Part shown: positions 8,365 to 17,712 of the stretch, piece after piece
Layout of the letters: each line of letters begins with the position of its first letter
Position numbering within the stretch: the stretch's first letter is position 1
Assembly (NCBI GenBank): GCA_947258815.1
Contig: CAMYJW010000011.1
Location: forward strand, 96,831-160,830
Source of the DNA: an uncultured Sphingomonadaceae bacterium
GTDB taxonomy: Bacteria; Pseudomonadota; Alphaproteobacteria; Sphingomonadales; Sphingomonadaceae
DNA: 64,000 nucleotides
Direction of reading: 5' to 3'
Made by a program: the position numbers and the translations under genes
Notes under the pieces: model-generated
What the model saw: the letters and a program-made list of their open reading frames with translations, nothing else
Database searches by the model: none
What the model was told of the DNA's origin: nothing

Positions 8365-9753
8365 ATGCTCCAAAAATCAAAGCTTACCTTGCGCGACGGG
8401 ACATCGCTTGACGATCTGATCAAGCGCGAATCGAATGAAGTTTCGCTTCGGGTGATGACCGATGAGGAACTCTACCATCTTGAGATGGACAAGATTTTCG
8501 CCAAAACATGGCTGCTGCTGGGGCATGAAAGCGAAATTCCGAATTCGGGTGATTTCATCGTCCGCGATATGGCCGAAGACAATGTCATTGTTGCGCGCGA
8601 TCGCGAAGGCAACGTCAACGTTTCGCTGAATGTCTGCCCCCACCGCGGCATGCGCGTTTGCCTTGGCGAAGCGGGCAACAAGCCTATTCACCAGTGTGTC
8701 TATCATGGCTGGGCATTCAAGCCGAACGGCGATTTCATCGGTGCGCCGGTTGAGCGTGAAAAGATGCACGGCAACGATGTCGATAAAGCCACGCTGGGTC
8801 TGAAAAAGGCAAAAGTCGCCCTTTACGGCGGTATGATTTTCGCCACCTGGAATGTCGATGGCCCATCGTTCGATGAGTATCTGGGCGACATCAAATATTA
8901 TCTGGACCAGCTGTTCTGCCGGACCGACAATGGCCTTGAACTGCTTGGCCCGCCACAGCGGTTTGTGCTGCCCTGCAACTGGAAGGTTCCGGGTGAGCAA
9001 TCAGGCTCTGACGGTTTTCACACGCTGACGCTGCATCGCTCGCTGATGGAAGGCGGCGTGATGGGCGGAACCGCGGAATCGATCTACGATCAGGCGCCGG
9101 GCATGTATGGGGTCGATGTTTCGTGCGAACAGGGCCATTCGCTGCGCTGCCTCGAAGCGGAAAAAACCTTCAAGATGTTTGCCGATGTGCCATTTGAAGG
9201 CAAATCGACGCGCGAACGGCTTGAACTGCTGACCCCGCCGGGCATCACCAAGGAAATGATCCCCGAACTGTTCAATAACCTGTCCGAAGATCAGGTTGAG
9301 CAGCTGGCGACCATTCCGCCGCAGGTGGGTGGCATGTTCCCCAACATCCTGATCGCGTTTATCTTTGCCCCGCGCACCGATGGCGGCGCTTCGGGCGCTT
9401 TGTCGCTGCACACGTATGTGCCCAAGGGTCCGGACAAGGTGGAGTTCGTCAACTTCATTTTCGCCGAGAAAGACGCCCCCGAGCAGATGAAGCGCGACAT
9501 GCTGCAAAACGCAGTCTGGAACACCGGCACATCGGGCATGATCGAGCAGGACGATGCCGATGTCTGGCCTGTGATCATGAAAAATGCGCGCGGCGGCGTC
9601 AGCAAGGACGTTACGCTCAAATATCAGGCACTGCATGGCCATGAACGGCCCGAAGGATGGAAAGGCGATGGCCTGCTCTATCCCGGCTTCACCAAGGATG
9701 ACACGCAGTGGAACTGGTGGATGGCCTATTACGACCTGATGGACGAAGTTTGA
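8365..9753 (+). CDS. Rieske ring-hydroxylating oxygenase, alpha (large) subunit
   Basis: Rieske motif CPHRG-x17-CVYHGW. Mononuclear iron motif DGFHTLTLH (D-x2-H-x4-H). GGAGAAGAGG RBS lies before the ATG at 8365. 462 aa. Confidence 0.9.
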   Translation: MLQKSKLTLRDGTSLDDLIKRESNEVSLRVMTDEELYHLEMDKIFAKTWLLLGHESEIPNSGDFIVRDMAEDNVIVARDREGNVNVSLNVCPHRGMRVCLGEAGNKPIHQCVYHGWAFKPNGDFIGAPVEREKMHGNDVDKATLGLKKAKVALYGGMIFATWNVDGPSFDEYLGDIKYYLDQLFCRTDNGLELLGPPQRFVLPCNWKVPGEQSGSDGFHTLTLHRSLMEGGVMGGTAESIYDQAPGMYGVDVSCEQGHSLRCLEAEKTFKMFADVPFEGKSTRERLELLTPPGITKEMIPELFNNLSEDQVEQLATIPPQVGGMFPNILIAFIFAPRTDGGASGALSLHTYVPKGPDKVEFVNFIFAEKDAPEQMKRDMLQNAVWNTGTSGMIEQDDADVWPVIMKNARGGVSKDVTLKYQALHGHERPEGWKGDGLLYPGFTKDDTQWNWWMAYYDLMDEV

Positions 9754-9775
9754 GACGCGCGGGAGGATTATAATA

Positions 9776-10357
9776 ATGACCTGGGAAACAAAATCGACCG
9801 CTGCGCCTGATTCCACCACGATCATTCGCGGGCTCGTTTCAGCCAAGCGCGTGCCGCTGGGTTCGGAAATATACAATCGCCTGCTGGAAACGCTATACGA
9901 TGAAGCCGCCGCTCTGGATGAGCGCCGGTTTGATGACTGGGTGGCGATGCTGACCGAAGACCTTGTCTATCAGGCACCGATCCGCCTCACCCGCACCGGC
10001 CCGAACCGCGATCGCGATGTGATGCGCACGATGTTTCACTTCGATGAGGATTACGGTTCGATCCAGATGCGCACGGGCCGGCTGGAAAAAAGCGCATGGG
10101 CGGAAGATCCCCCTTCGCGCTGCCGCCGTTTTGTCACCAACGTACGTATTGGCGAATGCGATGCGGCAGGCGAATACGAAGTGGTGAGCTACCTGTTTCT
10201 TGAACGCAGCCGCGGCGACAGCCCGGACAACGAAAGCGCAACGGCGGAACGCCGCGATGTGTGGCGCGAAGTGGATGGTGCATACAAGCTGTCCCGGCGC
10301 GAAATCATCGTCGATCAGTCAGTGCTTGGCATGTCCAACTTTGCGGTCTTCCTCTGA
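9776..10357 (+). CDS. Ring-hydroxylating oxygenase, beta (small) subunit
   Basis: 193 aa NTF2-fold small subunit directly downstream of alpha. It is a paralog of 25148-25714 (C-termini DQSVLGMSNFAVFL vs DQVVLGMPNLAIFL). Confidence 0.85.
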   Translation: MTWETKSTAAPDSTTIIRGLVSAKRVPLGSEIYNRLLETLYDEAAALDERRFDDWVAMLTEDLVYQAPIRLTRTGPNRDRDVMRTMFHFDEDYGSIQMRTGRLEKSAWAEDPPSRCRRFVTNVRIGECDAAGEYEVVSYLFLERSRGDSPDNESATAERRDVWREVDGAYKLSRREIIVDQSVLGMSNFAVFL

Positions 10358-10362
10358 CCGCA

Positions 10363-11529
10363 ATGACGCAAGAGACTGCACCTTCGATCGTTGTCGTCGG
10401 CAGCGGGCTGGCTGGCTTTGGCGTTTTGCGGGAGCTGCGCAAGCTCTCCCCCGAAGCACGGCTGGTGCTGGTGACGCTTGAGGATGGCCATTTCTATTCC
10501 AAACCCGCGCTTTCGACCGCGCTGGCCAAAGGAAAAACCGCCAAAACACTGGTGACGACGCCGGCTGAAAAGATGGTTGCCAACCTCAAGCTCGATGCCC
10601 GTATCGGGCGCGAGGCAGAGGCGATTGACCGCGCCGGAAAAGCGCTGCTGACCACCGGCGGTCCGATCCGTTATGATTCGCTGGTGCTGGCGACGGGCGC
10701 GCTGCCGTTTCGTCCGCAGATCGGCGGAGAGGCGGCACACCGGGCCATCGCGGTCAACCAGCTCGATCATTATGATCGTTTCCGCACCGAACTGCCCGAT
10801 GGCGCGCGCGTGCTGATCTTGGGCTCCGGCCTTGTCGGCACCGAATTTGCCAACGATCTGGTGACAAACGGATATAAGCCGATTGTCGTCGATATGCTGC
10901 CGCTGCCGCTGGCGCAGCTCGTTCCCCCCGCCGTGGGAGAGAATGTGCGTGATGCGCTGAGTGCCGAAGGGGTGGAATGGCACCTTGGCCGGAAAGTCGA
11001 AACGATAGACTATCTGCAACCCGCGCCCGGCTATGTGGCGACACTGGACGATGGAACGGTGATCGAGGCCGATATCGTGCTTTCAGCGGTTGGCCTGCGC
11101 CCCAATGTCGCGCTGGCGAAGGACGCCGGGCTGGACATCGGCATGGGCATCAAGGTCAACGAATGTGGCCAGACCAGCGATCCCGATATTTATGCGATCG
11201 GCGATTGTGCGGAATATCAGCATGGGCTTGCCGCCTATGTCACGCCGATCATGGCCGCCGCGCGCGGCATCGCGCCTTCCGCGCTGGGCACGGCAACCGA
11301 AATTCGCTTTCCTCCGTTATCGGTGCAGGTGAAAACCACGCTGCATCCGATAAACCTTCTGCCCCCGAAGCGTGATCTGCCAGGCGAATGGCAAGTGGTT
11401 GCAGATGATGCGGCAGGCAGTAAACACGTTTTCGTCGATCAGGATGGCATCGTGCGCGGCTATGTGCTGACACGGGATAAATGCGAAGAGCGGATGGAAA
11501 TGGATAAACTGGTGGGGGAACCGGCATGA
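10363..11529 (+). CDS. FAD-dependent pyridine nucleotide-disulfide oxidoreductase (glutathione-reductase-type ferredoxin reductase)
   Basis: Two dinucleotide folds, IVVVGSGLAGFG (FAD) and VLILGSGLVGTEFA (NAD). AIGDCAEY motif. The ATG at 10363 lies 5 nt after the beta-subunit stop. The listed start at 10261 overlaps the beta gene. Confidence 0.85.
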   Translation: MTQETAPSIVVVGSGLAGFGVLRELRKLSPEARLVLVTLEDGHFYSKPALSTALAKGKTAKTLVTTPAEKMVANLKLDARIGREAEAIDRAGKALLTTGGPIRYDSLVLATGALPFRPQIGGEAAHRAIAVNQLDHYDRFRTELPDGARVLILGSGLVGTEFANDLVTNGYKPIVVDMLPLPLAQLVPPAVGENVRDALSAEGVEWHLGRKVETIDYLQPAPGYVATLDDGTVIEADIVLSAVGLRPNVALAKDAGLDIGMGIKVNECGQTSDPDIYAIGDCAEYQHGLAAYVTPIMAAARGIAPSALGTATEIRFPPLSVQVKTTLHPINLLPPKRDLPGEWQVVADDAAGSKHVFVDQDGIVRGYVLTRDKCEERMEMDKLVGEPA

Positions 11530-12341
11530 GCGGTCTGCTCGAAGGTAAAATTGCTATTGTTACAGGCGGAGCCAAAGGGCTGGGCTATGGCATTTCGCGC
11601 CGCATGGCGCGCGAAGGCGCATCGCTGCTGATCACCGGACGCGATGGCGCGGCGACCGAAAAAGTTGCCGCCGAAATCCGCGATGAATTTGGCACCGCGG
11701 CTGTCGGCATGTCTGCCGATATGGGCGTCAAGGAAGAAGTTCTGGGAATGATCGAGCGTGCCGTCGATGAATTTGGCGGACTTGATATTCTGGTCAACAA
11801 CGCATCGCTGCTTTCTGATAACGTTCTGCTTGAGCACAAGACGGACGAAATGCTGAAACGCACGCTGGAAATCGGCGTGTGGGGTTGCTGGTGGGGCATG
11901 AAAGCCGCGCTGCCGCACATGAAAAAACGCGGTGGCGGATCGATCATCAATTTCCACAGCATCGACGCGCAGACCGGCGCCTGGCTCCACGGCGATTACA
12001 ACATCAACAAGATGGGCATCATGGGGCTGACCCGCAGCGCCGCCGTGGAATGGGGCCGCTTTGGCATCCGCGCCAACGCAATTGCGCCCACCGGACTGGG
12101 GCAGGTTTTTGCCGATCTGGTCGAAAACGTGCCCGGCTTTCTGGAACAGGCAACCGCCAACAACCCGATGAAACGCGCAGGCGACCCGGAAAACGATATC
12201 GGGCCGGTGATCGTGTTCCTGGCATCGGATATGTCACGCTTCGTGACCGGCGAGATGATCAACGTCGATGGCGGCCAGCATCTGCCCGGATACGTCAGCA
12301 TCCCGCACAATCTGGAAGAACTGGAGAAGAGCGGCGCATGA
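11526..12341 (+). CDS. SDR family oxidoreductase (position fits a diol/alcohol dehydrogenase of the oxygenase operon)
   Basis: TGGAKGLG, NNAS, and YNINK (YxxxK). There is a 4-nt ATGA overlap with the reductase stop. Confidence 0.85.
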   Translation: MSGLLEGKIAIVTGGAKGLGYGISRRMAREGASLLITGRDGAATEKVAAEIRDEFGTAAVGMSADMGVKEEVLGMIERAVDEFGGLDILVNNASLLSDNVLLEHKTDEMLKRTLEIGVWGCWWGMKAALPHMKKRGGGSIINFHSIDAQTGAWLHGDYNINKMGIMGLTRSAAVEWGRFGIRANAIAPTGLGQVFADLVENVPGFLEQATANNPMKRAGDPENDIGPVIVFLASDMSRFVTGEMINVDGGQHLPGYVSIPHNLEELEKSGA

Positions 12342-12970
12342 AATTCCAGCCCGATCAGCCCCAGCCGGACGACACGCCATCCCTGCCAGATGAGCTTGTT
12401 TCCTCGCCCAGCGTCATCAAGATTCTTTCGGGCGCGCTCGATGCAATTGCAGAGAGGGGTGTCCGCCGCCTTTCCATGAGCGACATCATCGAAGCGAGCG
12501 GTGTTTCGCGCGGCACGCTCTATCGCTATTTCTCGAACAAGGACGATGTGCTTGCGGCAGTGTCCGAGTATGTTTGTGTCGGCTTTGAGAACGGCATCAG
12601 GAACGCGGCCGAGGAATCCTCCGATCCGATGACGCGCTTTCGCAACGTTATCGAGTTTTATGCGCGCTACACCCACGAAAATTCGCCGGATCGGGTGTTT
12701 GAAGTGGAACCGCGCTTCCATCTTGAATTCTTTCGCAACCGGTTTTTGCGCTACAAGATTGCCTTGCGCGAAGCGCTGAAGATTTCGATTGACTATATCG
12801 ATCAGGTGCTTGGCCAGCCGATTGACCGCGATGGTTTCGTCGAAGCTCTTGTCCGCCTGCAATTGAGCACGCTTGTGGTTCCCGCCGACGATGACTGGCT
12901 GGAACGGTGGAATCGCATTCCGGACAATATTGAAAGCTGGGCACTGAAATTCGCCCGCCAGTTTGTATAA
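12338..12970 (+). CDS. TetR/AcrR family transcriptional regulator
   Basis: HTH region SMSDIIEASGVSRGTLYRYFSNKDDVL. The ATG at 12338 overlaps the SDR stop (ATGA). The listed ORF start at 11879 is an out-of-context extension across the SDR gene. Confidence 0.85.
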   Translation: MKFQPDQPQPDDTPSLPDELVSSPSVIKILSGALDAIAERGVRRLSMSDIIEASGVSRGTLYRYFSNKDDVLAAVSEYVCVGFENGIRNAAEESSDPMTRFRNVIEFYARYTHENSPDRVFEVEPRFHLEFFRNRFLRYKIALREALKISIDYIDQVLGQPIDRDGFVEALVRLQLSTLVVPADDDWLERWNRIPDNIESWALKFARQFV

Positions 12971-12996
12971 GATTCACAAGAACAGGACGACTTGAA

Positions 12997-14220
12997 ATGG
13001 CTACAACACTAGAAGCACCCACGGGTCAGACATCTGCCTGGGCAGATTCGACTGTCGCTGACAAGCTGGTGGAACGCGCCAGGGAATTGCGCCCGTTCCT
13101 TATGGAACAGGCCCCTGCCGGTGAAAAACGCCGTAACCCGACGCCCGAAGTGGACAAGATGCTGAAGGACGAAGGTTTCCTGAAGATGCTGCTGCCCGCG
13201 CGGCTGGGTGGTCTTGGTCTTTGCCCGACAGACTTTTCACGCGTGCAGATGGAAGTTGCCAAAGGCGATCCCGCGGTCAGCTGGGTTATCCAGATCATCA
13301 ACGGCACATCGTGGATCACCAGCCTTGCGCCTGACAGCGTGCAGGACGCGGTGTTCGGCGATGGCCCGCAGCCGGTTTGCGGCGCCTACAACCCGCCCGG
13401 AAAAGCCCGCAAAGTCGATGGCGGATGGATCATCAACGGCGCATGGCCTTATATGTCGGGCTCGCGTCAGGCGACATGGGCACAGCAGGGCGTGGTGCTG
13501 GAAGATTATGACGGCCCCGTCGTTCCCGGCATTTCCATGTGCTACATCCCGATGGACCAGTTCGAAATCAAGGACACCTGGTTTGTCAGCGGCATGCAGG
13601 GCACCGGCTCTGACACGGCGATCGGCAAGGACATTTTCATTCCCGATGGCCAGATGGTGCTGATGGATGAACGTGCCGGCCAGATTGACCCGACCAAGAA
13701 GCATTTCGGCGCACCTTCCGATCTCATGCCCGCGGTTCCCGTGGTGCGGACAACGGGCATTGCCCAGTTGATCGGCGCGGTTGAAGCAATGCTTGAAATC
13801 GTCACTGCCGATTCCGGCAAGCCGGTCATCACCACCACAATCGGCCCGCGTCGGGGTTCGGGCGCGCTGATGCACGATCTGGGCGAAGCGGCGGCGCTGG
13901 TCCACACGGCCAAGACGATCCTGTTCAACCTCACCGGCAAACTTGATCGCGTGGGTCTGGGTGAAGAGTTTACGCTGGAAGAAAAAGCCCGTGATCGCGC
14001 GGCTGGCGGTCAGATGATCGACGCCATTCACAAAGCCAGCGAATCGCTGATGTTTCAGGCGGGCTCTTCGGCATTCTCGCTGGATAAACCGATCAACCGT
14101 TACTGGCGCGATATCTCAATGGCGCTGCGCCACATCCAGAACATTCCGACCATCGGCTATGAAATCCACGGCCGGATGCTGGGCCAGGGCGATCCGATCG
14201 CACCTCCGGGCGCTTACTGA
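12997..14220 (+). CDS. Acyl-CoA dehydrogenase-fold flavin-dependent monooxygenase (oxygenase component, HsaA/HpaH-C2/DszC-like)
   Basis: 407 aa with ACAD-type 2 architecture and GMQGTGSD in the middle beta domain. It is a paralog of 27197-28432. A monooxygenase rather than dehydrogenase role is inferred from context and family resemblance. Confidence 0.7.
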   Translation: MATTLEAPTGQTSAWADSTVADKLVERARELRPFLMEQAPAGEKRRNPTPEVDKMLKDEGFLKMLLPARLGGLGLCPTDFSRVQMEVAKGDPAVSWVIQIINGTSWITSLAPDSVQDAVFGDGPQPVCGAYNPPGKARKVDGGWIINGAWPYMSGSRQATWAQQGVVLEDYDGPVVPGISMCYIPMDQFEIKDTWFVSGMQGTGSDTAIGKDIFIPDGQMVLMDERAGQIDPTKKHFGAPSDLMPAVPVVRTTGIAQLIGAVEAMLEIVTADSGKPVITTTIGPRRGSGALMHDLGEAAALVHTAKTILFNLTGKLDRVGLGEEFTLEEKARDRAAGGQMIDAIHKASESLMFQAGSSAFSLDKPINRYWRDISMALRHIQNIPTIGYEIHGRMLGQGDPIAPPGAY

Positions 14221-14237
14221 GTTCCAGCGATCAAAAG

Positions 14238-15041
14238 CTAATCCTCGATCAGGCTCGTGCGGAAAAATTCGATTATTTCGTCACGGGCCTGAACGGTGGG
14301 CTGGCCTTCCTCATCAATGAGATGCAGCGTCACCACGCTGTGCGGCGTCTTGAGCGGCGAATCGGGATTGGCCGCGCTATCCGGCAGAACAGTGCCGACA
14401 AAGCGATCGCCCAGCGCCTCCTGATAGGCGGCAAAGCGTTCTGCCGTGCAAAAGGTATCGCCTTCAAAACGATACGCCCGCACGGTCAGATCCTCATCTT
14501 CCAGACGTTTCCTGACAGCAGCCAGTTCATCAGGCGCAATATGCAGGCCTGCAGGATTGTTCATCGGCAACGAAGGCTGCGACAGCACCGGCGCGATCAT
14601 CGATTTTTCAAGCATCATCGACAGGCCGAAATTGCCGGTAAAACACATGCCGATAGAGCCGACGCCCCTGCCGCCGCATTCCTTGTGCGCCTGTGCCGCC
14701 AGCGCGCGCAGCCATTGCGTAACCGGGCTGGACGAATTGGCCGCAAACATCCGAAATTCACGGCTGATGCAGGCCTTTGCAAGGGTTTTTACCGCACCAA
14801 GATGCCCCGGAAGCACGCCATCCCTGCCAAACAGCGAGGGCATATAAACGGTCAGCCCGGCATCGCGCACCCACCGCGCAAACCGCGCGACATATGGGCT
14901 GATGCCCGGCATTTCGGTCATCACGATCACCGCCGGCCCGGTGCCCGCAATATAGACATTCTTGGTCTTGCCCTGCAGCGTGATCGCACGCTTCTCAAAA
15001 TCGTCGAGCGGATCGACCGTATCGGGCGTAATTGTGTCCAA
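14238..15041 (-). CDS. Dienelactone hydrolase family protein
   Basis: 267 aa alpha/beta hydrolase with a Cys nucleophile elbow (GSIGMCFTGNFG), as in the DLH family. Confidence 0.75.
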   Translation of the reverse strand: MDTITPDTVDPLDDFEKRAITLQGKTKNVYIAGTGPAVIVMTEMPGISPYVARFARWVRDAGLTVYMPSLFGRDGVLPGHLGAVKTLAKACISREFRMFAANSSSPVTQWLRALAAQAHKECGGRGVGSIGMCFTGNFGLSMMLEKSMIAPVLSQPSLPMNNPAGLHIAPDELAAVRKRLEDEDLTVRAYRFEGDTFCTAERFAAYQEALGDRFVGTVLPDSAANPDSPLKTPHSVVTLHLIDEEGQPTVQARDEIIEFFRTSLIED

Positions 15042-15073
15042 CGTTCTTCTCCCCCGCCCAGCCGCGCCCGAAA

Positions 15074-15643
15074 TCAGGCGATCCTGCAGGCCTTGTCAAA
15101 GTCCAGCCTCGGATTGCGCGGAAACAGGCTTTCGCGCTTGCCATAACCCATTGTGCAGATGAAATTGGCTTGCCACCTGCCATCGGGAAAGAACGCAGCG
15201 TTGGTCTTCCCGGCATCGAAACCCGACATCGGCCCGCAATCAAGCCCCAGCGCGCGCGCGGCAATGATCATATAGGCCCCTTGCAACGGCACATTGCGCG
15301 CCAGCAGATCGGCGACCGCCGCTTCGTTGTCGACGAAGATCGAACGAAAATCGCGCGATGGAAACAACGTGGGCATTTCGTCATAAAACCGGCTGTCAGC
15401 CGCGATGATCGCCGTGACAGGGGCGGACTGAACCTTCGCCACATTGCCTTCGTTCACGCATTCCACCAGCCGCGCCTTTGCTTCTGGCGAGGTTACGAAC
15501 ACGAACCGGGCCGGGCAACTGTTTGCCGCCGTCGGCCCCCATTTGAGGTGATCGTAAATCCGGCGCAGCAGATCCTCGTCAACCGGGCGGTCTTCATATT
15601 CACTGAACGATCGGGCGTCGTCGAATATGCGTGCAATTTCCAT
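15074..15643 (-). CDS. Nitroreductase family protein, RutE/malonic semialdehyde reductase-like
   Basis: 189 aa. N-terminal ARSFSEYEDRPVDEDLLRRIYDHLKWGPTAANSCPARFVFV matches the RutE-like nitroreductase pattern. Confidence 0.8.
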   Translation of the reverse strand: MEIARIFDDARSFSEYEDRPVDEDLLRRIYDHLKWGPTAANSCPARFVFVTSPEAKARLVECVNEGNVAKVQSAPVTAIIAADSRFYDEMPTLFPSRDFRSIFVDNEAAVADLLARNVPLQGAYMIIAARALGLDCGPMSGFDAGKTNAAFFPDGRWQANFICTMGYGKRESLFPRNPRLDFDKACRIA

Positions 15644-15646
15644 AAG

Positions 15647-16018
15647 TCAGCCTTTGTCGTGTCGCGCCCTGCTGCCATAGCGCTCCCACCATGTCATCAG
15701 CGATCTGATCGTCGGTTCAAGCGCCTTGGTTGCGTCGGTCATGGCATATTCGACGCGCGGCGGCACTTCTGCATAAACGGTGCGCGTTATCAGACCATCG
15801 CCTTCAAGCTCACGCAACTGTTTCGTCAGCATATGTTGCGAAACGCCTTCGATTGTGCGCTGCAATTCGCCGAACCGGTGCTTGCGGTGATAGAGCAACC
15901 ATAAAATCTCAAGCTTCCACTTGCCGGAAATCAGCGTCAGCGCCTGCCGCAGTTCGGCGTATTCCTCAGCCTGAACGTCGCGCCCTTTTCTCATAGTCAT
16001 TTTTTTATGACTTACCAT
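15647..16018 (-). CDS. HxlR family transcriptional regulator
   Basis: LISGKWKLEILWLLYHRKHRFGELQRTIEGVSQHMLTKQLRELEGDGLITR is a canonical HxlR winged helix. The start could also be the ATG at 16000 or 15994. Confidence 0.8.
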   Translation of the reverse strand: MVSHKKMTMRKGRDVQAEEYAELRQALTLISGKWKLEILWLLYHRKHRFGELQRTIEGVSQHMLTKQLRELEGDGLITRTVYAEVPPRVEYAMTDATKALEPTIRSLMTWWERYGSRARHDKG

Positions 16019-16134
16019 ATGAAATTCATCCTACTTGTCCTGTTTCAGGCTAGGCGATAAATACCGGGTTTGAAAGTGCAGCGCGCGATTGTTGGCACGC
16101 CGCCCCTAAGAAAAACGCAGCCCGGAGCCGGATC

Positions 16135-17367
16135 ATGCAATTCGAACTACCCGAACCAACCATTCCCGATCACGTTCCCGCATCCGCGGTCAAACAGTTT
16201 CCGTTCGTGTTCGGAACCACAACAACGGCAGACCCTTATACCGACTGGGTGCCGGATATTCATCGCAACATGCCCGACATTTTCTATGCACCCCATGCCT
16301 ATCCGGGCGCGACCCCGGCCTGGGTGGTCCGCCGGACCGAGCTCCTGCGCGAAATCTATTTCGACACCGATACGTTTTCGAGCAAGGATTTCTCGCCCTT
16401 CGCCAAGCTGATCGGCGAAACATGGACGAACACGCCCGTCGAAGTCGACCCGCCCGAGCACGCCAAATACCGCAGCTTCATCAACCCGCTGTTCACGCCA
16501 AAGGCGGTGGGCAAGCTGGATGAAAAGATCCGGCAGTATGCGATCGATTATGTCGAGGCTTTTCGTGAGCGCGGCAGCTGTGAATTCATGAGGGAGTTCG
16601 CGTTCGAGTTTCCGATCAAGGTGTTTCTTGAACTGATGGATTTCCCGCTCGAAAACACGAAGCAGTTTCTCGAATGGGAATACGGGCTGCTGCACGAAAT
16701 GGACATGATGAAGATCGCCGAAGCCACGCGCAACGTGGTGGGCTTCCTGCGCGATCAGATTGAGGACCGGCGCCGGAATCCGCGTGACGACGTCATCAGC
16801 TATGCGCTGTCGGTCGATGTTGAAGGGCGCAAGCTGAACGACGATGAACTGGTCGGCTTTACATTCAACCTGTTTATCGGCGGCCTCGATACCGTGTCCA
16901 CCAACATGGGCCTGCAATTCCTGCATCTGGCGCGCCATCACGATGACCAGCAGTTTCTGAGAGAGCACCCTGAGGAAATTCCGCACGCGCTTGACGAGCT
17001 GATGCGCGCATATGCGCCGGTGACGACATTCAGAACCTGCACGCGCGAGGTTGATTTTCATGGCGTGAAGATGATGCCCGGCGATAAAGTGATGGTCAGC
17101 ACCACGCTGGCCGGACGCGATCCGGCCGAGTTTGAAAACCCGCAGGACGTGCGCTTCGATCGCCGCTCTCGCCATGTCTCGTTCGGCTTCGGCCCCCACA
17201 TGTGCGTTGGCATGCACCTTGCGCGGCGCGAAATGCGGATCGCACTGGAAGAATTCCTCCAGCGCATTCCCGAGTTCAGTGTCAAACCCGGACATCAACT
17301 GGAATATCACCTCGGCATGATCCAGCCGGTCACGCTGCCGCTGGTGTGGGACAGCGCCAAGGCCTGA
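16135..17367 (+). CDS. Cytochrome P450 (CYP101/CYP111-like class I bacterial P450)
   Basis: Heme-thiolate loop FGFGPHMCVGMHLARRE. I-helix LFIGGLDTVS. ExxR (ELMR). GGAG RBS lies 8 nt upstream. It is a paralog of 23898-25118. Confidence 0.9.
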   Translation: MQFELPEPTIPDHVPASAVKQFPFVFGTTTTADPYTDWVPDIHRNMPDIFYAPHAYPGATPAWVVRRTELLREIYFDTDTFSSKDFSPFAKLIGETWTNTPVEVDPPEHAKYRSFINPLFTPKAVGKLDEKIRQYAIDYVEAFRERGSCEFMREFAFEFPIKVFLELMDFPLENTKQFLEWEYGLLHEMDMMKIAEATRNVVGFLRDQIEDRRRNPRDDVISYALSVDVEGRKLNDDELVGFTFNLFIGGLDTVSTNMGLQFLHLARHHDDQQFLREHPEEIPHALDELMRAYAPVTTFRTCTREVDFHGVKMMPGDKVMVSTTLAGRDPAEFENPQDVRFDRRSRHVSFGFGPHMCVGMHLARREMRIALEEFLQRIPEFSVKPGHQLEYHLGMIQPVTLPLVWDSAKA

Positions 17368-17405
17368 CCGCCTCTCGCGCGTTCGCCAACGCCGCAATAG
17401 TCCTT

Positions 17406-17438
17406 CGCGCCTGTGCGGCCGGTCACCGCGCAGGCGCG
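17406..17438 (+). terminator. 12-bp GC-rich stem-loop downstream of the first P450 (putative terminator or REP-like hairpin)
   Basis: cgcgcctgtgcg (17406-17417) pairs with cgcgcaggcgcg (17427-17438), with one G-U pair and a 9-nt loop. It has no clean U-tract. Confidence 0.4.
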
Positions 17439-17450
17439 ATGTTGCACCTC

Positions 17451-17476
17451 CATATTTGCGATCCACATTTGCGATC
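17451..17476. repeat. Tandem 13-mer CATATTTGCGATC / CACATTTGCGATC
   Basis: Read directly. The two adjacent units are 12/13 identical and lie in the 345-bp gap between two P450 genes. Confidence 0.7.
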
Positions 17477-17712
17477 GGTCAATTCAAAGCCTTCCGGTTT
17501 GCCGCACACGGCGTTGGGCGCATTCGCGTGCCCGGTTGAACACCCGGCGCGCGAGCGGGCCGACATATCGTCAGATAGGTGGAGGCAAACAGCGAAACGG
17601 CTTTACGAACGTCAAAATCCCGCAGTTCAGAAACCTGATCAATTGCGCTAGTTCTGTGGGAAACACGTCGGTCGCCGGACGCCAGACGATCTATCCGGAT
17701 TGGAGAATTGCA

